A stretch of 32,000 nt of DNA from Promethearchaeota archaeon (GCA_030606485.1 JAUWGH010000001.1:420001-452000); one strand, 5' to 3'; positions 1-8,362 are shown, counted from the stretch's first letter. A program made the numbers and translations. Notes: generated from the sequence alone by a model not told the origin.

Positions 1-38
1 GAAATGAGAGAAAAAATAAAATAAATGCTATTTTTTAT

Positions 39-245
39 TTATTTCTCAAGTTCAAAATTTATTTGCATTCTTACTCGATAGATTAGTTCATCTTTATCTT
101 CTTTTACCTTAACATCAGATTGAATAATAGATATATTTCTAATACCCTTTAAACTCTTTTTTGCTACTTTATAACCTTCTTTTACGGCTTCAGCCCAATT
201 TTTTTCTGATGTTGCTACTATTTCAATTGATTTATAAACAGGCAT
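39..245 (-). CDS. Dodecin family protein
   Basis: 68 aa with the dodecin pattern VYKxIEIVxTSxxxWxxA...I...DVKV...YRVxMxIxF. GAGTGA SD-like motif 7 nt upstream of the ATG. Confidence 0.85.
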   Translation of the reverse strand: MPVYKSIEIVATSEKNWAEAVKEGYKVAKKSLKGIRNISIIQSDVKVKEDKDELIYRVRMQINFELEK

Positions 246-451
246 TTTAATATCACTCTTTTATTAGAATTTTATGGTAATGTTAATTTTTATTTTCGAA
301 TATTTAAATATTTGGAAAGTTGCAAATTGAAAACATAATTTCAAGGCATAAAAAAAAATTTGAGAATCTTCTGAAAAATTATTAGAAAGAAAAAGTGTTA
401 TGAAAATATTTCTGCTAATATGTAATTTTAAGGAATTTATTCTATAATCCT

Positions 452-2368
452 TTATACACCAAAGCTATTTAAAAGATTCTGAATATCATCAATTTGTTTT
501 GATATGTTAGCTTTTATGGCTTTTATCTTTTGTGATTTCTTATTAAACTCTTCTGAGGTTATTTCTCCTGAAATTTCTTTTATATCAAGGTCGAGTTCCA
601 TTTTAGAAATATTTGCAAATTTAATCTTTAAATCCATTAAGGTTTTTTCAAGTTCATTTTTTTGTGTGCCTTCTTGATCACTTACGGTTGTTGTTGGGGG
701 TTTGGTTGGGACTGGTGTTGGTTGAGTTAAAGGCTTCGGAATAGAGGGTTGAGGTGGAGCTTTCGGTGGGGCGGGTGGTTGTGGTGGTTTTTTAGAATCA
801 GGTAAAGGCTGTTGATATGGTGATTTAGCTTTAGTAGTGTATGGTTTTGATTTTTGTTGAGGTTGAGGTTCTTCTTGTTTTATAGCACTAAATGGACTAA
901 TTGTTAATGAGGGTTTAGGTCCGGTGGGTTTTGCGGATAAGATATTTGTTGGACGAGGTTTAATTTTAAAATCTTCGAGATTAATTGTTAATTTTGGTTG
1001 TGTGGATTGTGATTTAGGTGAAGTTGGCTTTGGAGTAGCTTTAGGTTCAGGTATAGTTGTTTTTTTTATTGCTGGTGGTTTAGCAATCGCTGGTTTCGGA
1101 GCTGTTTTAGGTTCAAGCACAGTTGGGATTTTTTTTGCTGAAGGTTTAGAAATCGCTGGTTTTGGAGGGGCTTTAGGTTCAGGTACAGTTGATTTTTTTA
1201 TTGCTGGTGGTTTAGGAATTGCTGGTTTTGTAGCAGCTTTAGGTTCAGGTGATGTTGATTCAACCGATGCAGGTTGAGCTTCTTCTTTTTGTTTAACAAT
1301 TTCAACTGGGGTTGTTTCCATCTTTATTAAAATTTCTTTAATCTTCTGGGCTTTTTCATTAAATTCATTTCCTAAACTATCATCACCTAAATCAAGACAT
1401 AAATCTGCAATTTTTTCAAATAATATTAAAGCATTTTGGAAATTGCCTTCATTAAGTGATAATTCAGCTTCTTGTAATAATTTATCTCTCTCAATCAATG
1501 GTTTCAATAAGGGACTTACTTCTGCACTCATTTCAAGGATATCAGCAATTATTGTAATCATTTTATCACGATTTTCACTTCTATTTGCAATCATCTTATA
1601 AGTTTTTAAACCTAAAATGTTCTCAATTTCTGATACAGGAAGTGCAGGTGAAAGATCTTGTTTGTTTCCAATTATTGCAGTATGTGCATGGGGTGCTTCA
1701 TCTTTTATTAAATCGAGGAAAAATCTACTTTTTTCTATATTTTCTAAAGTGGAATCTGTAATGAGAAGAACTGCATCGCTACCTTTAACAAAATTATTCC
1801 ATAAATAGCTAAACTGTTCTTGTCCTGCAAAATCCCACAAATGAAAGTGTAATTTCCCTATCTTAATAGTTGCTATATCTCCAGTTATAGTAGGAATATG
1901 TTCCATCGGTATTTCTTCAGCCCTAATTAATCTAGTTATTGTTGTTTTTCCAACACCAGAAAATCCTACGAGTGAAATTTTGGGGCGTAAATTTTTATGA
2001 ATTAAGTCAATTGTTGGGTCAAATACTTCAAAAGTTTTAGAATCAAATTCAGTTTTGATTATATCCCCAAAAAGATTAAGAAATTCCCTTTTACACCTAA
2101 GCAATTCATTTTTAATATCCTTGGATGAATCAGTTAAACCTGTTACAAATAAGAACATTAAATCTAAATTTTTTTCCGTAGCGTATGTGATTCTATATTT
2201 ATAATAATCATGATATTCAATTTTATCACTTGGTGCAGCTAAAGCATCTTTACATAGTTGTTTGAACAAACTATCAAAATCATCTTGTGTTAATGCCTTA
2301 CCAAATTGACAGGAATATATCAATTCCCCCTCTTTATAAATATAAACTTGCCTTAGAATAATATTCAC
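452..2368 (-). CDS. Longin-like domain + Arf/Rab-like small GTPase + helical (TPR/MIT-like) hairpin + Pro/Lys-rich repeats + C-terminal coiled-coil
   Basis: G1 GFSGVGKT, G2 PTIT, G3 WDFAGQ, G4 NKQD. The ~125-aa N-terminus (LRQVYIYKEGELIY...) is typical of Asgard longin-GTPase fusions. C-terminal GEITSEEF helix pair. The true start may be ATT at 2359, because the GTG at 2368 lies inside AGGTGA. Confidence 0.85.
   Translation of the reverse strand: MNIILRQVYIYKEGELIYSCQFGKALTQDDFDSLFKQLCKDALAAPSDKIEYHDYYKYRITYATEKNLDLMFLFVTGLTDSSKDIKNELLRCKREFLNLFGDIIKTEFDSKTFEVFDPTIDLIHKNLRPKISLVGFSGVGKTTITRLIRAEEIPMEHIPTITGDIATIKIGKLHFHLWDFAGQEQFSYLWNNFVKGSDAVLLITDSTLENIEKSRFFLDLIKDEAPHAHTAIIGNKQDLSPALPVSEIENILGLKTYKMIANRSENRDKMITIIADILEMSAEVSPLLKPLIERDKLLQEAELSLNEGNFQNALILFEKIADLCLDLGDDSLGNEFNEKAQKIKEILIKMETTPVEIVKQKEEAQPASVESTSPEPKAATKPAIPKPPAIKKSTVPEPKAPPKPAISKPSAKKIPTVLEPKTAPKPAIAKPPAIKKTTIPEPKATPKPTSPKSQSTQPKLTINLEDFKIKPRPTNILSAKPTGPKPSLTISPFSAIKQEEPQPQQKSKPYTTKAKSPYQQPLPDSKKPPQPPAPPKAPPQPSIPKPLTQPTPVPTKPPTTTVSDQEGTQKNELEKTLMDLKIKFANISKMELDLDIKEISGEITSEEFNKKSQKIKAIKANISKQIDDIQNLLNSFGV
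1020..1250 (-). repeat. 66-bp (22-aa) in-frame tandem repeat, about 3.5 copies, unit EPKAxPKPAIxKPPAIKKxTxP
   Basis: TTAGGTTCA anchor recurs on the + strand at 1041, 1107, 1173 and 1239 (66-bp period). Confidence 0.9.
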
Positions 2369-2427
2369 CTAAATTAAATATTGAACTTTAAATTCATAAT
2401 ACACGTTTTGAATTTATTTATACAGAT

Positions 2428-2922
2428 TTATGAAATATATTTAATTAAATCTTTAATAATCTTAAATTTTTGTAGTCTATCTTCATCTGTTTTTAATGAA
2501 TCATCTAACTTAATTATTTCTTTTACGAATTCAAATTTTGTAAATTCATCAATTTTGAGTTTTTTTGAAATACCCTTTGCTAGTTTTTCAAGAAACTTTT
2601 TTACACTTGGAATAAGGTTTGATAAATCTACACTTTTTTTTAATTGTGCTAGTAAAATTAATTCACTAGTTTTAGTGATTAAAAAAAAGTATTTTTCGCT
2701 TTCTAAAGTTATTGAATCTATTTTTTTCAATTTAAGACTTTTAGCGAATATCGCTCTCTGATTTATCAAATCCGAAATTTCTGGCGGAATAATTTTTCCT
2801 TTATGCAAATCTTCAATTTCAGAACCTAATATTACACCATATTTATTTGCGATTAATGTATTGGTTTTCAATTCTGATTTAATTTGTTTTACAATTTTGC
2901 TATATTTGTCTTCTTCGGACAT
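2428..2922 (-). CDS. Roadblock/LAMTOR-like (or profilin-like fold) domain protein
   Basis: LIANKYGVILGSE...SITLESEKYFFLITKTSELILLAQL pattern resembles roadblock folds. The ATG at 2922 is preferred over the GTG at 3018 because the upstream extension is not protein-like. Co-oriented 59 bp upstream of the GTPase ORF. Confidence 0.6.
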   Translation of the reverse strand: MSEEDKYSKIVKQIKSELKTNTLIANKYGVILGSEIEDLHKGKIIPPEISDLINQRAIFAKSLKLKKIDSITLESEKYFFLITKTSELILLAQLKKSVDLSNLIPSVKKFLEKLAKGISKKLKIDEFTKFEFVKEIIKLDDSLKTDEDRLQKFKIIKDLIKYIS

Positions 2923-3207
2923 CTGGGAATCATTCTGTGGAATATTGAAATATAAGCAATAAAAATAATTTATCCTTATAGCATAATCATGTAAACATAA
3001 TATTATAAATTTTTTCACAAAAAATAATTTCTCTTTCTATAAACAAATCAAATTTTTTACTATAATTTTTATTTTAATTTGTTTCACTGTTCTTTAAAAA
3101 TTTATAAATAATTAGAAGGTTGTATTACTTTTATACACAAGATTATTAAGAAATTTTTCTGTATTATTAAAAATCTAATTTAAAATTATTATATACGATG
3201 AATAATA

Positions 3208-3603
3208 ATGTTTGATTATAATGAATATAATAGATGGATGAATGAAGCAGACAACACATTAAAATCAGCAGAAATAGATAAGAAAAATGGATTTTTCAAT
3301 TGGAGCTGTTTTAAATGTCAACAAGCTGCTGAGTTTTCATTAAAAGCGATTTTATATGGTTTAGGATCAACTCCTTTTGGTCACTCTTTAACAAAATTAA
3401 CTAGCGACCTAAAAAATCATGATATTAATGTTTCTTCAATATTAACTGCTTGTAAAAAGTTAGATTTACATTACATTCCCTCTCGATATCCAAATGCATA
3501 TTCCACAGGGGCACCATTCGAATATCATGATGAAGTTATTGCTGAAGAGGCTTTAAATAATGCGTCAATAATATTTAATTTTATTAAAGGTATTAAAAAA
3601 TGA
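3208..3603 (+). CDS. HEPN domain protein (COG2250-like)
   Basis: QQAAEFSLKA, GHSL and LDxHYIPSRYP motifs. ATGA overlap with the downstream MNT. Confidence 0.85.
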   Translation: MFDYNEYNRWMNEADNTLKSAEIDKKNGFFNWSCFKCQQAAEFSLKAILYGLGSTPFGHSLTKLTSDLKNHDINVSSILTACKKLDLHYIPSRYPNAYSTGAPFEYHDEVIAEEALNNASIIFNFIKGIKK

Positions 3604-4022
3604 ATACTTCCTTAAAAACTATTAATTATGGCATTAAAAAATTTTGTGAAAATATTATTAAAAAATTAAATCCCAAATGCATTATTTTATACGGATCACT
3701 GGCAAGGGGGGATTTTAACGAGCGAAGCGATGCTGATCTAATTGTGATATCTTCGAAATTACCTAAAAATTATTATGAAAGGGCACAATTACTTTATGAC
3801 TTAATCGAAACTCTTGACCCGATTGAACCTATTGGTTTTACTCCCGATGAATTCATCAATATGATCGAAAACCGGCATTGCACAACCTTATTTGCAATGG
3901 AAGAGGGAAAACCTTTATTTGGAAAAAAATATTTTTCTTTTTTAAAAAAAATTCATAAGAAAATATTCAATAAGTACAAAATCATCAAAGGGAATTCATC
4001 TTGGATTGCCAAAATAGGATAA
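3600..4022 (+). CDS. Minimal nucleotidyltransferase (MNT), partner of HEPN
   Basis: GSLARGDFNERSDAD matches GSx10DxD. Translationally coupled to HEPN. Confidence 0.9.
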   Translation: MNTSLKTINYGIKKFCENIIKKLNPKCIILYGSLARGDFNERSDADLIVISSKLPKNYYERAQLLYDLIETLDPIEPIGFTPDEFINMIENRHCTTLFAMEEGKPLFGKKYFSFLKKIHKKIFNKYKIIKGNSSWIAKIG

Positions 4023-4091
4023 TTCTAACGATGATTTTAAATTGAATCTTATCAAATCAAATAAATCTTTCAATGGTTACATATTTAAAAG

Positions 4092-4883
4092 ATGGTATTT
4101 TTAATGAATAAATTCTCGTATCACTTCATTGAAAAGGAATCAGATGTCACTATAATCTCTGAGTCAAAAAAAGCAATTAAATTAGCTATTAAATCTTTTT
4201 ATAAACATAGAACGATTCTTGAGAAATTTGTGTATAAAAATGAAATTTTCTTAAAATCTCTTTCACCAATAAAAGTCAAAAATCCTCCCAAAATTATTAA
4301 ACTTATGGTTAAATATTCAGCAATATGCGATGTTGGTCCGATGGCTACAGTTGCTGGCGCTCTTGCTGATATAATGGTAAAAGAAATAAAGATGAATGAG
4401 AAATTATACCCATTGAAAATTGCAGTTGTGGAGAATGGCGGTGAAATCTCAATTAATTCTGAAGAATCTATTAAAGTAGGGTTATATGCAGGAAAAAATT
4501 TGCTGGGTGGAAAATTAGGCTTTCTTATAACTGAAAAAGATTCTCCTTCGGGTATTGGCTCAAGCTCCGCAAAAATTGGTCATGCAATAAGTTTCGGAGA
4601 AGCTGATGTCGTAACTATTTTCGCAACAAATGCCACACTTGCAGATGGAGCAGCAACAAGAATTGCCAATGCCGTAAAAGGGAGAGATATTGAAAAGTCA
4701 ATAAAAAAAGGTTTAGATCTTGTGGATGATCTCGAAGGTGTATTCGGAGCTTTTATTAGTAGGGAGGAAAAAGTAGGACAAGTTGGAAAAATACCAAAAA
4801 TTGTTAAGATTAAAGGTGATGAATATTCATTATTAAAAAAAAAATTAGAGGATTTTTATCCAAACTATGAATTTTTTTACTAG
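4092..4883 (+). CDS. UPF0280 family protein (ApbE-like superfamily)
   Basis: VGPMATVAGALAD, VENGGEI, SFGEADVVT and LADGAATRIAN motifs. Confidence 0.85.
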   Translation: MVFLMNKFSYHFIEKESDVTIISESKKAIKLAIKSFYKHRTILEKFVYKNEIFLKSLSPIKVKNPPKIIKLMVKYSAICDVGPMATVAGALADIMVKEIKMNEKLYPLKIAVVENGGEISINSEESIKVGLYAGKNLLGGKLGFLITEKDSPSGIGSSSAKIGHAISFGEADVVTIFATNATLADGAATRIANAVKGRDIEKSIKKGLDLVDDLEGVFGAFISREEKVGQVGKIPKIVKIKGDEYSLLKKKLEDFYPNYEFFY

Positions 4884-4916
4884 AATTTCCTAACTTTAGT
4901 AAATATAGTAAATATT

Positions 4917-5603
4917 TTATTCTTCTTGAAGCCATACACGGAAGTGAGTAAAGTTTACATTATATTCCATAAATTTGTTCTCTATTAACCACAAACATTT
5001 TTCAGGAATAAGAAAAGCTCCTCGCCCCAATTTAAATCCTTTTATTTCTTGTACTAATCCATCTTTTTGATATTGATATACTTTTTTAAAATATCTCTTT
5101 TTAGTTTGATAACCATACAATATTCTTTTTATTTTCATTTTAGAAGATTTATCTAACTCTCTTAAATTGAATTTTATAATTAAATATGGTTTTAATTTCA
5201 AAGTTTTAAAGGGAATCTCCAAAAAATTCGAAGATCCATATATTAGACGACCTTCAGCTAAAATATTTTCAATAAAATTTGAATCCCATTTTTCAATTTC
5301 TTCAGGATAAATAAAAATACATTGGACTAATCGATCTATTTTTTTTTCTAAATCTAAGAAATTATTAAATACATTATTTTCTATAGATTTCGGAGTATTT
5401 TTTTTAAAAAATATACAAATATCAATATCACTCTCATCAGTAAAAGTTCCAGAAGTTAAAGAACCAAAAACCAATATGGAATCAATATTTTTAAATTTAG
5501 ATTGATTTTTTTTTATAAAATTTTTAGTATATTTTATTATTTTTTCTTGTTTTTCGTTTTTTTTAATGAATTTAATATTTTCTTCTTCTAATCTAAGATT
5601 CAT
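4917..5603 (-). CDS. MNT-type nucleotidyltransferase with ~90-aa C-terminal extension (possibly ferredoxin-like, Cas2/PaaX-like)
   Basis: GSLTSGTFTDESDID (GSx10DxD) and ILAEGRLIYG. The extension has YLIIKFNL...RILYG...LGRGAFLIP; its fold is inference only. Confidence 0.75.
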   Translation of the reverse strand: MNLRLEEENIKFIKKNEKQEKIIKYTKNFIKKNQSKFKNIDSILVFGSLTSGTFTDESDIDICIFFKKNTPKSIENNVFNNFLDLEKKIDRLVQCIFIYPEEIEKWDSNFIENILAEGRLIYGSSNFLEIPFKTLKLKPYLIIKFNLRELDKSSKMKIKRILYGYQTKKRYFKKVYQYQKDGLVQEIKGFKLGRGAFLIPEKCLWLIENKFMEYNVNFTHFRVWLQEE

Positions 5604-5698
5604 TTTCTAAAACCTTTAGGCAGGTTATCAAGACTAGTAAAAACCCAACAAATCTTGTTTAATTCTGTTATCCATTTTATTAAATAATAACACAATAT

Positions 5699-5760
5699 GG
5701 GCATAACCCTATGCCCTCTATCCCATCTACCGAAGATTTTGGGACTGCTTTTCCACTGCG
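5699..5760. other. GC-rich two-hairpin element, copy A
   Basis: GGGCATA-accc-TATGCCC, linker TCTA, TCCCA-TCT-accga-AGA-ttt-TGGGA. Homologous to 6873-6930. Confidence 0.6.
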
Positions 5761-6317
5761 TATGCTGTATCTACTCTAACCAATTGTTTCCCTCGGTATG
5801 AAGACTCTTTTTTCTCCCCTAACTATGATAGCTATAAGGCAACATTGAGCGGAAGTGAGCGTGGAGTTGCACCACATTCTTTATACCTCATAGAGACTTG
5901 TAAATACAATAATTCATAATAATTTTTAACTTATAAATTATGAAACTCCTATGATTTTCAATAAAATATTATATTTTTAAGATGGTATAAATAACTTTAA
6001 TTAGTTTTTGTGTTATTTCATTCTTTTCGTAATATAATAATGCGAATTTATATTAATAAAATTTTGTTTTCTATATTAATCTTTATCTTTTTATTGGGCG
6101 TTATGATTTTTAATTGATCTTCATCGATAAATGTATTTATGTGTTTTTCAGGTTCTAATTATTTATAAAATCATATGAGACTTTACCTTTAATTTTGAAT
6201 ATTTGATTGGACTATTGTGGAAAATATAATTATTATGGTCTATTTTAATTTCTATAATTAAGAAAATTGATTAATTTAATAGTAAACCTAATAATATAAA
6301 GTGAATTTTTTTTAAAA

Positions 6318-6797
6318 ATGAATCAAATCGTTGTTACTGGCGGTGGAGGATTTATTGGCTCACATGTTGCCAAATATTATGCAAAACAAAAGGAAAACCA
6401 TGTTATAATAATTGATAATTTATCTCGTGCGAAATTATTGCATAGAGATGATAAAAATGCAATGTATAACTGGAAATATTTACATCAGTATAAGAATATT
6501 ACATTTTATCAAGAAGATATAAAAGATTTTAACTTTTTAAAGGATTTATTTAAAAAAAATGAAATTGATACGTTAATTCATACTGCAGGACAAACTGCTG
6601 TAACCACTTCAGTAACCAATCCGAAAGAAGATTTCGAGAATAATTTAATTGGAACTTATAATCTATTGGAAGCTGTGAGAATTTCGAAATCAAATCCTGC
6701 AATAGTATTTTGTTCTACAAATAAAGTATTCAGAAATAACGTTAATAAATGTGATCTTGAGGAAAAAGAAACAAGATATCTGATTTAATTGATGCAG
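6318..6797 (+). pseudogene. Truncated paralog of CDP-paratose 2-epimerase with a 289-bp internal deletion
   Basis: Colinear with 7307-7768, then jumps at ATAT to sequence matching 8054-8073 (ctgatttaattgatgca). Frameshift and TAA at 6786-6788. Catalytic YxxxK region missing. Confidence 0.9.
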
Positions 6798-6872
6798 ACT
6801 ATTAAAATGAATAAAATTGTATTCAAATTATTTCAAATAATATTATCAAACAAATTTTGACTAATTATTTGT

Positions 6873-6990
6873 GGCATTAGTCCTAATGCCTCTATCCCGT
6901 CCGCCATAGGAGCTTTCGGGAATACTTTCCAATTTTCCCGATATGGGAATTCTTTTCCACAGTTGAGGGATATCCTCGGAGATGATCCGA
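6873..6990. other. GC-rich multi-hairpin element, copy B
   Basis: GGCATTA-gtcc-TAATGCC, TCTA, TCCCG-TCC-gccata-GGA-gcttt-CGGGA. Further stems TTCCC-gatat-GGGAA, GAGG-gatat-CCTC and TCGGA-gatga-TCCGA. Confidence 0.6.
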
Positions 6991-7306
6991 TGCAAAAACA
7001 ATTCTTTCTTATATAAATAAACAGAATATGTATTTAAATTTAACAAGTCAACAGATTTTCTATTAAAGTGAAAACTATAAAGAATTCAATGATATTATCA
7101 AATGGTATTAAACTTAATATGTTTTATTATTTTTTCTAACTATATTCGATCTCGATTCAATAAGATCAAAAAAAACAAATATAGGATTTAAATTTTTTAT
7201 AGATGGTTTTCTAGGTAGAATGTCGGATTAGAAAAGAATAAAAATTATTAGAAAAAAATTACTTCATTAGATACTGATAAATATTAAAAAAATAAACAGT
7301 TTAAAA

Positions 7307-8362
7307 ATGACTCTAATCGTAGTTACTGGTGGTGGAGGCTTTATAGGTTCTCATGTTGCAGAACATTATGCAAAACAAAAGGAAAATGAAGTTATAATAA
7401 TTGATAATTTGTCCCGTGCGAAATTACTCCATAAAGATGATAAAAATGCAATGTATAACTGGAATTACTTACATCAATATAAAAATATAGAATTCTTTCA
7501 AAATGATATAAGAGATTTCAACTTTTTAAAGAATTTATTCAATAAGATAGAAATTGATGCAATAATTCATACAGCCGGACAAACTGCTGTAACCACTTCA
7601 GTAACTGACCCAAAAGAAGATTTTGAAAATAATTTAATTGGTACATACAATATATTGGAAGCTGTGAGAATTTCAAAGTCGAATCCTGCAATAGTATTTT
7701 GTTCTACTAATAAAGTATTTGGAGATAACGTTAATAATTGTAATATTGAGGAAAAAGAAACAAGATATGTATTTACTTCAGAATATAATAATGGAATTTC
7801 AGAAAAATTTTCTACGGATTTATGCGAACATACTCCATACGGTGCTTCAAAATTTTGTGCCGATGTTTATGCCCAAGAATATGGACACATATACGGGTTA
7901 AAAACTGGCGTCTTCAGAATGTCGTGTATCTACGGAACTAGACAATTTGGTTTTGAGGATCAAGGTTGGGTAGCGCATTTTGTAATTTCAGCAATATTAG
8001 ATAAAAAAATCAATATATTTGGAGATGGAAAACAAGTTCGCGATTTATTATATATATCAGATTTAATTGATGCAAATGATAAATTCATTAAAAACTCTCA
8101 AAAATTAAAACATGATGTATTTTGTATGGGTGGTGGAAAGGAAAATACGCTTTCTTTACTTGAGTTAATCTCAATACTTAAAAATAAATTAGATAAAAAA
8201 ATAAATATAGAATTTTTTGATTGGAGACCAAGTGATCAAAAAGTCTACATCTCTGATATATCCAAAGCAAAACAAAAACTCAATTGGAACCCAAAAATAA
8301 ATCCTCAAGAAGGAATAGAAAAATTAATTAATTGGACAAAAAAAAAAAAAATAATCTTTTAA
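7307..8362 (+). CDS. rfbE: CDP-paratose 2-epimerase (CDP-tyvelose epimerase), extended SDR
   Basis: TGGGGFIGS, DNLSR, AGQTAVTTSV, STNKV, PYGASK, FRMSCIYGTRQFGFEDQGWVA and WRPSDQKVYISD are all characteristic of the RfbE/Tyv subfamily. Confidence 0.8.
   Translation: MTLIVVTGGGGFIGSHVAEHYAKQKENEVIIIDNLSRAKLLHKDDKNAMYNWNYLHQYKNIEFFQNDIRDFNFLKNLFNKIEIDAIIHTAGQTAVTTSVTDPKEDFENNLIGTYNILEAVRISKSNPAIVFCSTNKVFGDNVNNCNIEEKETRYVFTSEYNNGISEKFSTDLCEHTPYGASKFCADVYAQEYGHIYGLKTGVFRMSCIYGTRQFGFEDQGWVAHFVISAILDKKINIFGDGKQVRDLLYISDLIDANDKFIKNSQKLKHDVFCMGGGKENTLSLLELISILKNKLDKKINIEFFDWRPSDQKVYISDISKAKQKLNWNPKINPQEGIEKLINWTKKKKIIF

Noticed and set aside
924-2761. Plus-strand ORFs 924-1277, 1617-1808 and 2381-2761
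   Set aside because: Antisense shadows of the GTPase and roadblock genes. 924-1277 is simply the reverse of the Pro/Lys repeat.
2923-3018. GTG 3018 as start of the roadblock gene
   Set aside because: The extension is low-complexity intergenic-like sequence. ATG 2922 gives a normal N-terminus.
5699-5731. Resemblance of hairpin + TCTATCCCAT to a group II intron domain VI/3' end
   Set aside because: No domain V (AGC/CGC triad helix) upstream on the same strand in either copy, and no RT/maturase nearby.
6040-6117. 25-codon signal-peptide-like ORF (MRIYINKILFSILIFIFLLGVMIFN)
   Set aside because: Hydrophobic short ORFs arise by chance in T-rich DNA, and there is no continuation.
6861-7046. 61-aa minus-strand ORF over hairpin element B
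   Set aside because: The homologous copy A does not keep this frame, and the variation preserves base pairing rather than codons.
8338-8351. A14 tract in rfbE as a phase-variation switch
   Set aside because: It lies within the last 8 codons, so length changes would alter only the extreme C-terminus.
6318-8362. Epimerase pair as a DGR template/variable repeat
   Set aside because: Differences are not adenine-specific, are mostly at third codon positions, and no reverse transcriptase is present.
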